Shown here piece after piece: positions 6,739 to 11,868 of a stretch of 11,868 bases of DNA. A model generated the notes under the pieces. The model was not told the DNA's origin and did not search any database. It saw only the letters and a list, made by a program, of their open reading frames with translations. Origin of the DNA: Candidatus Eiseniibacteriota bacterium (lineage in GTDB: Bacteria > Eisenbacteria > RBG-16-71-46); NCBI GenBank assembly GCA_035712145.1, contig DASTBI010000262.1:1-11868 (forward strand), written 5' to 3'. Numbering within the stretch: the stretch's first letter is position 1; each line of letters starts with the position of its first letter. The position numbers were made by a program, and so were the translations under genes.

Positions 6739-7592
6739 CGATTCGCTCCGTCGCCGTCCTGGGTGGCGGCATCATGGGCCGCGGCATCGCCTACGCCTCG
6801 GCGCTCGCCGGTTACGACACGCGGCTCCAGGACGTGAACCGCGGAGCGCTCGATCAGGCGCGCGCGGAGATCCATGGTCTGCTCGAGAAAGGCGTGGCGG
6901 CCGCCAAGGTCGATGCCGCGAAAGCCGCGGATGCCAAGTCGCGGCTCGAGACCGTGGCCACGATCGATGAGGCGGTCCCCGAAGCGGATCTGGTCATCGA
7001 GGCAGTTCCCGAGAACATGAGCCTCAAGCTCGAGATCTTCGAGAAGCTCGATCACCTCACGCCTTCCGCAGCGCTGCTCGCCACGAACACCTCATCGCTT
7101 TCGATCACCGAGATGGCCGGCGCCACGAGGCGCCCCGGCCAGGTGCTCGGCATGCACTTCTTCAATCCGGTTCACCGCATGAAGCTGCTGGAAGTGGTGC
7201 GTGGACTGGAGACTCATGACGCGGCCATCGCGGCCGCCATCGAAGTCGGCGAGCGCATGGGCAAGGAGTGCGTGGTGGTGCGTGAGTCGCCCGGCTTCGT
7301 GACCTCGCGCATCAACGCGATGATCGGGAACGAGGCCTTCTACATGTTGCAGGAAGGCGTGGCGAGCGCGCGCGACATCGACAAGGCGCTGAAGCTCGGC
7401 TTGAACCACCCGATGGGTCCATTCGAGCTCGTGGATCTGGTCGGGCTCGATACCAGGCTTTCGATCCTGCGCTTTCTGCACCGGACGCTCGGGGAGAAGT
7501 TCCGCCCCTGCCCGTTGCTGGAGCAATACGTGGCCGCGGGCCGCACCGGCCGGAAGAGCGGCCGTGGTGTCTACGACTACTCCTCGACATGA
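6735..7592 (+). CDS. 3-hydroxyacyl-CoA / 3-hydroxybutyryl-CoA dehydrogenase (Hbd/PaaH-type), 285 aa, GTG start overlapping the bioY stop (GTGA)
   Basis: Rossmann motif VAVLGGGIMGRGIAYASALAGYDTRLQDVN immediately after the start, and the signature HFFNPVHRMKLLEVVRG. The C-terminal dimerisation-domain residues (GPFELVDLVGLDT) are present. The ORF-track N-terminal extension (6588-6734) overlaps bioY and precedes the Rossmann fold, so it was rejected. Confidence 0.9.
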   Translation: MTIRSVAVLGGGIMGRGIAYASALAGYDTRLQDVNRGALDQARAEIHGLLEKGVAAAKVDAAKAADAKSRLETVATIDEAVPEADLVIEAVPENMSLKLEIFEKLDHLTPSAALLATNTSSLSITEMAGATRRPGQVLGMHFFNPVHRMKLLEVVRGLETHDAAIAAAIEVGERMGKECVVVRESPGFVTSRINAMIGNEAFYMLQEGVASARDIDKALKLGLNHPMGPFELVDLVGLDTRLSILRFLHRTLGEKFRPCPLLEQYVAAGRTGRKSGRGVYDYSST

Positions 7593-8209
7593 CACCGGCG
7601 CGCAAGAAGAAGGCAACGCGAAAGGTGTCCAGGACTTCGCCCCGGCGCAAGGCCAAGCCCGCCCTGCGGGTGGTCCGTGCTCCACGCGCGAAGCGCGCGG
7701 TGGGCGCCGCTGCGGCGTCGTTCCCGCAACGCGCCGGCGCATCGGCCAAGCAGCTATTGATGTTCGAGCTGATTCGCGCCCGCGCGGCATTCCTCGCGGC
7801 GATCCATGGGCTCAGCGCGGCTTCCGCCAACGAGCCGATGGGCGAGGGGCGATGGAGCGCCCGCGAGACGGTGCTCCACCTGATCACGCGCGATCAGGCG
7901 CGGCTGCGCGAGAGCGAATCCACCCGCCATGGCCAGGAGGCCTCGTGGAAGGGGGTCGAGGAGCCCGCGATGGGAATCCTCAACGCCGAGCTGATGGCGC
8001 CGCTGCGCCACCTGGATTGGGAGGACGCGCTGCGCGCGCTCCATCGCGTTCGCGAACAGCTCATGGAAGAAATCGAGAGCGTCGCCGAGGACCCGGCCGA
8101 AATGTGGAGCTCCGAGCATCCGTTCGGCTGGATGCTCCACGTGCTGCCGCCTCACGACCGCCATCACGCCGACATGATCAAGCGCTGGCGCCTCGCGCGC
8201 GCGCGCTAG
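7589..8209 (+). CDS. DinB/YfiT-like (DinB_2 superfamily) four-helix-bundle protein with a ~45-aa Lys/Arg-rich N-terminal extension, 206 aa
   Basis: ATG overlaps the hbd stop (ATGA). GC3-rich codon usage and amphipathic helices. The His-containing motifs WSARETVLHL and HDRHHADMIKRW are reminiscent of the DinB-fold metal-binding triad; the family assignment is tentative. N-terminus TPARKKKATRKVSRTSPRRKAKPALRVVRAPRAKRAVG is strongly basic. The overlapping frame-1 ORF (7564..) is Arg/Gly/Ala-rich nonsense upstream of the ALDH start. Confidence 0.65.
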   Translation: MTPARKKKATRKVSRTSPRRKAKPALRVVRAPRAKRAVGAAAASFPQRAGASAKQLLMFELIRARAAFLAAIHGLSAASANEPMGEGRWSARETVLHLITRDQARLRESESTRHGQEASWKGVEEPAMGILNAELMAPLRHLDWEDALRALHRVREQLMEEIESVAEDPAEMWSSEHPFGWMLHVLPPHDRHHADMIKRWRLARAR

Positions 8210-8223
8210 CGGAGGTTCCATCC

Positions 8224-9687
8224 ATGACCGACACGCTCGCGCCGGTGCAGCCGGCCCGGCTCATCATCAACGGTGAAACCGTCGACGCCGCCTCGGGCGA
8301 GACGTTCACGACCTACAATCCCGCCACCGAAGAGCCGATCTGCGCGGTCGCCAAAGCCGGTCCGGAAGACGTGGATCGAGCGGTCAAGGCGGCGCGCGCG
8401 GCATTCGAGAGCGGGCCCTGGCCGCGCATGCGCCCGGCCGAGCGCCAGCGCATCCTGTGGAAGCTCGGCGACCTGATTCTCGCGCATGCCGACGAGATCG
8501 CGCGGCTCGAGACCATGGACAACGGCAAGCCCATTTTCGAGTCGCGCCAGGTGGACATCCCCACGGTCGCCGGGTGCTTCCACTACTTCGCGGGCTGGGC
8601 CACCAAGCTCGGCGGCGAGACCGTGCCGGTGAACCCCGGCTACCTCACCTACACACTGCGCGAGCCGGTCGGTGTGGTGGGCGCGATCATCCCCTGGAAC
8701 TTCCCGATGATCATGGTGGGCTGGAAGGCGGCGCCCGCGCTGGCCGCCGGCAACTGCGTGGTGCTCAAGCCCGCCGCCGAGACGCCGCTCACCGCGGTGC
8801 GCATCGGCCAGCTGGCCCTGGAGGCCGGTCTTCCTCCGGGGGTGTTCAACGTGCTGCCCGGACCCGGCTCGAGCGCGGGTGCTGCGCTGGTGCGACACCC
8901 GGGGGTGGACAAGATCACCTTCACCGGCTCGACGGAAGTGGGCCGGCAGATCATGCGCGAGTGCGCGGACTCGGTGAAGAAGGTCACGCTCGAGCTGGGC
9001 GGCAAGTCTCCGAACATCGTCTTCGCCGATGCCGACCTCGATGCCGCCGTGCGCGGCGCCTACAACGGAATCTTCTACGGCAAGGGCGAGGTGTGCGCCG
9101 CGGGCTCGCGGCTGCTGGTAGAGAAGAGCGCCCACGACGAGGTGCTGGCGAAGCTCACGGAGCGCACGCAGAAGCTGACCCCAGCCGATCCGCTCGATCC
9201 CAAGACGCGGATGGGAGCGCTGGTCAACGAGTCGCAGATGAAGAAGGTCCTCGGCTACGTCGAAGCGGGCGTGGGCGAGGGAGCGCGGATCGCCGCCGGC
9301 GGCAAGCGCCAGCCGGTCAACGGCAAGGGCTGGTTCGTCCAGCCCACTCTTCTCGCCGGCGTCGAAAACCACATGCGCGTCGCGCAGGAGGAGATCTTCG
9401 GACCGGTGCTGAGCGTGATCCCGTTCGAAGGGGTCGATGACGGTGTGGCCAAGGCCAACGACATCTTCTACGGCCTCGCCGCGGGCGTGTGGACCCGAGA
9501 CGTGAAAAAGGCTCACACGGTGGCGCGCCGCCTGGCGGCGGGCACGGTGTGGGTCAACCTTTACAACTTCTACGATCCCGGCATGCCCTTCGGCGGCGTC
9601 AAGGGATCCGGCTTCGGCCGCGATCTCGGCGCCGACAGCCTGCGCGAATACACGCAGGTGAAGAGCGTGTGGGTGAATCTCGAATAG
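8224..9687 (+). CDS. NAD(P)+-dependent aldehyde dehydrogenase, 487 aa
   Basis: GGAGG SD 7 nt before ATG 8224 (MTDTLAPV). ALDH hallmarks are present: IIPWNFP (Asn oxyanion hole), GSTEVG (cofactor ring), the LELGGKSP catalytic Glu, the Cys291 nucleophile in GKGEVCAAGSR, and C-terminal EEIFGPV and PFGGVKGSGFGR. Confidence 0.92.
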   Translation: MTDTLAPVQPARLIINGETVDAASGETFTTYNPATEEPICAVAKAGPEDVDRAVKAARAAFESGPWPRMRPAERQRILWKLGDLILAHADEIARLETMDNGKPIFESRQVDIPTVAGCFHYFAGWATKLGGETVPVNPGYLTYTLREPVGVVGAIIPWNFPMIMVGWKAAPALAAGNCVVLKPAAETPLTAVRIGQLALEAGLPPGVFNVLPGPGSSAGAALVRHPGVDKITFTGSTEVGRQIMRECADSVKKVTLELGGKSPNIVFADADLDAAVRGAYNGIFYGKGEVCAAGSRLLVEKSAHDEVLAKLTERTQKLTPADPLDPKTRMGALVNESQMKKVLGYVEAGVGEGARIAAGGKRQPVNGKGWFVQPTLLAGVENHMRVAQEEIFGPVLSVIPFEGVDDGVAKANDIFYGLAAGVWTRDVKKAHTVARRLAAGTVWVNLYNFYDPGMPFGGVKGSGFGRDLGADSLREYTQVKSVWVNLE

Positions 9688-9696
9688 AGGCCAGCA

Positions 9697-10796
9697 TGCT
9701 TCGTCTCATGGAAGTGCTGCTGTACACGTCCGACATGAAGCGCATGCGCGCTTTCTACGAGCGCGAGATCGGGCTCCGCCACGATACGGCGGAAGCCAAT
9801 TGGACTTCGTATCCGACTCGCGGCGCGTTGCTCGCGCTGCGGCCGGTGTCGCAGGGACACCCGCCCCACGCCGAGATCACGTTTGCCACCGAGGATCTCG
9901 AGTCCGCGCTCCGCACGCTCGCCGATCGGGGCGTGAAGATGACCGGCCAGATCCAGATGCACGGCTGGGGCCGTCTCGCGCGGTTCGTCGATCCGGAGGG
10001 AAATGCGCTGGCGGTCGCGCAGCCGACGCAACCGATTCCGATGGGCGATGGCCTTCGGCTGGGCTCCGCGGTGATCCACACCCGCGATCTCGCGGCGGCC
10101 AAGGCGTTCTACCACCACGTGCTCGGTCTCAAGATCCTGGTCGATTCGCCGTGGTGGGTGGAATTCGATGGCGGCGCCGCTTCACTGGCTCTGCGACCGC
10201 GCGCCGAAGGTGGAGAGGAGAAGGACGGCCCGGGACTCTCATTCGGCTTTCGCATGAGCGGATTGATGGATTGGGCGGAGGAAGCCCGCGAGCGCGGGCT
10301 GCACTTCGCCACGGCGCCGCGCGACGAGGACTGGGGGACTTTCGCGGACACGAATGATCCCGACGGCAACGAAGTGCGCTTCTACGAGCCGTCCGGCGAG
10401 CCGACCCTCGAAGAGGAGCTGGCGGAAGGATACGAGGACGACGGCGCTCCGCATCAGACCGCGATCCGCAAGCCGCTGAAGAAAGCCTCCAAGGCGGCGA
10501 GCCTGGTGGCCATCAAGCCTCGATATCGCTCCAAGGCGAAGCCCGTCCGCAAGCGGCCTTCGGCCACGACGACGCGGGTGGCGTCGGTGCGCGGCGCAGG
10601 TCCCGATCGCACGCGCGCCACGCCCAAGCGCACGGGGGACGAGAAGAAGGCGAAGGGCAAGCCGGCGATCGGCCGCTTGCGGAAAGCGGAACGCCGCTCG
10701 GTGGTGCGCAAGAAGACCGCGGTGGCCACCGCCAGCAAGGGCCGGCCCGTGAAACGGGCTGCGGCACGCAAACCGAAGCGAGGCCGCCAGCGGTGA
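9697..10796 (+). CDS. Tandem VOC-domain protein (glyoxalase/bleomycin-resistance/extradiol-dioxygenase fold x2) with a ~120-aa Lys/Arg/Ala-rich histone-H1-like C-terminal tail
   Basis: Two repeats of the VOC module: MEVLLYTSDMKRMRAFYEREIGL...RFVDPEGNALAV, and AVIHTRDLAAAKAFYHHVLGLK...ADTNDPDGNEVRFYE. Then an acidic linker (EEELAEGYEDDG) and the tail KKASKAASLVAIKPRYRSKAKPVRKRP...[50 protein letters not shown]. The many Lys codons in about 70% GC DNA argue for real coding. The stop overlaps the thiolase GTG (GTGA). Confidence 0.8.
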
Positions 10797-11868
10797 GCGA
10801 GCCCCGCGTCCTGCTGGCTGGTGCGACGCGCACTCCGATCGGCAACTTCGGCGGCGCGCTCGCGTCTTCTTCGGCCGCCGAGCTCGGGGGCCTGGCCGCG
10901 CGGGCGGCGCTCGAGCGTGCCGGGATCTCCGGCGAGGCCGTCGACGAAGCGATCGTCGGTCACGCGCGGCAGGCGGGTAACGGACCCAATGTCGCGCGCC
11001 AGATCGTCCGGCGCGCCGGCCTTCCCGACTCGGTGCCGGCCTTCACCATCCACAAGGCCTGCGCCTCGGGCATGCAGGCGGTGGTGAGCGGCGCCCAGAG
11101 CGTGAAGCTCGGCGACAGCCACGTCGTGCTGGCGGGAGGCACCGAGCACATGTCGAGCATTCCCTTCCTCGCCATGGATGTGCGCTGGGGAAAGAAGCTC
11201 GGCGACGAGCCGCTGGTGGACGCCATGTTTCGCGACGGCTACCTGTGCCCGCTCTGCGATCAGTTGATGGGCGAGACGGCCGAAACGCTGGCCACCGAGT
11301 TCAAGATCTCTCGTGAAGAGCAGGACCGTTATGCCATGGAGAGCAATCGGCGCGCGGCGCGGGCGTGGGACGAGGGACGTTTCACGAAGGAAGTGGTGAG
11401 CGTGACCGTCGGCACGGGGCGCAAGGCCGCCACCATCGAGCGCGACGAGCACTTCCGCTCCGACTCGACCTTCGAGGAGATGGCGAAGCTCCGGCCCGTC
11501 TTCAGGAAGGACGGCACGATCACGGCGGCCAACGCTTCGGCGATCACCGACGGCGCCGCCGCGATGGTCGTGCTGTCCGAAGAGGCCGCCAAGCGTCTCG
11601 GCGTGGAGCCGCAGGCCGCGCTGATCGGCTATGCCTCGGTCGCGATCGATCCCGCCCGCATGGGAATCAGTCCGGTGCCGGCGACGCGCAAGCTGCTCGA
11701 GAAGCACCGGCTCACGCTGGACCAGATCGACGTCGTGGAGCTGAACGAGGCGTTTGCCGCGCAGGTGCTTTCCTGCGACCGGGAGCTCCGCTTCGATCGG
11801 GAAAGGCTCAATGTGAACGGCGGCGCCATCTCGCTCGGCCACCCGACCGGCATGAGCGGGAACCGGAT
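10793..11868 (+). CDS. Thiolase (acetyl-CoA C-acetyltransferase / 3-ketoacyl-CoA thiolase), 5' partial; runs off the window
   Basis: Not in the ORF track because it has no stop inside the window. Manual translation from GTG 10793 gives [24 protein letters not shown]...[13 protein letters not shown] (catalytic Cys)...[10 protein letters not shown]...[10 protein letters not shown]...[17 protein letters not shown]. These are the canonical thiolase motifs, and the frame is open to base 11868. Confidence 0.9.
   Translation, partial: MSEPRVLLAGATRTPIGNFGGALASSSAAELGGLAARAALERAGISGEAVDEAIVGHARQAGNGPNVARQIVRRAGLPDSVPAFTIHKACASGMQAVVSGAQSVKLGDSHVVLAGGTEHMSSIPFLAMDVRWGKKLGDEPLVDAMFRDGYLCPLCDQLMGETAETLATEFKISREEQDRYAMESNRRAARAWDEGRFTKEVVSVTVGTGRKAATIERDEHFRSDSTFEEMAKLRPVFRKDGTITAANASAITDGAAAMVVLSEEAAKRLGVEPQAALIGYASVAIDPARMGISPVPATRKLLEKHRLTLDQIDVVELNEAFAAQVLSCDRELRFDRERLNVNGGAISLGHPTGMSGNR

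Noticed and set aside
7564-8223. N-terminal 220-aa extension of the ALDH ORF (frame 1) overlapping the DinB-like gene
   Set aside because: Arg/Gly/Ala/Pro-rich with no structure. A canonical GGAGG-N7-ATG start for ALDH lies at 8224, and the frame-2 DinB-like ORF has protein-like composition.
8206-9516. 436-aa ORF on the - strand antisense to the aldehyde dehydrogenase
   Set aside because: The translation is Arg/Gly/Ala/His/Pro-rich with no recognisable fold. It is fully overlapped by a + strand frame carrying unmistakable ALDH motifs. This is the typical antisense open frame of high-GC DNA.
10454-11842. 462-aa ORF on the - strand antisense to the VOC tail and thiolase
   Set aside because: Low-complexity Arg/Gly/Ala-rich translation. 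The + strand encodes a textbook thiolase in the same region.
1-11868. CRISPR arrays, tRNA/rRNA genes, IS elements or integrases
   Set aside because: No short regularly spaced repeats beyond the single 45-bp pair. No cloverleaf-like or terminal inverted-repeat structures. Every gene looks like housekeeping or membrane metabolism with uniform GC, so there is no sign of a mobile or horizontally acquired island.

Overview
This is a densely coding bacterial chromosomal segment of about 68-70% GC (estimated by eye) from an unidentified high-GC lineage. I found no rRNA, tRNA, CRISPR array or obvious mobile element. I support 12 protein-coding genes. On the + strand at the 5' end there is a small, degenerate sigma-54-activator (AAA+) domain protein, preceded by two 45-bp direct repeats and followed by a clean rho-independent terminator. 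Three genes lie on the - strand: a fused AtuA-family protein (DUF1446+DUF4387), then a membrane-anchored SPFH/band-7 protein immediately followed by a tiny Arc-like ribbon-helix-helix DNA-binding protein. A large GT-C-fold (PMT/ArnT-like) membrane glycosyltransferase with a TPR-like C-terminal domain is transcribed divergently from the AtuA-like gene. After it comes a tightly packed + strand operon, with overlapping GTGA/ATGA junctions implying translational coupling: BioY biotin transporter S-component, 3-hydroxyacyl-CoA dehydrogenase, a DinB/YfiT-like four-helix-bundle protein, an NAD(P)-dependent aldehyde dehydrogenase, a tandem-VOC (glyoxalase/dioxygenase-fold) protein, and a thiolase that runs off the 3' end. 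The most unusual points are the degenerate standalone sigma-54-EBP-like domain, the SPFH plus Arc-RHH gene pair, and the lysine/arginine-rich histone-H1-like tails on two enzymes of the metabolic operon. Most of the long ORFs in the supplied track are antisense or out-of-frame artefacts of high GC content; they translate into Arg/Pro/Gly/Ala-rich nonsense. All calls rest on reading the translations for family-specific motifs. No database search was possible.
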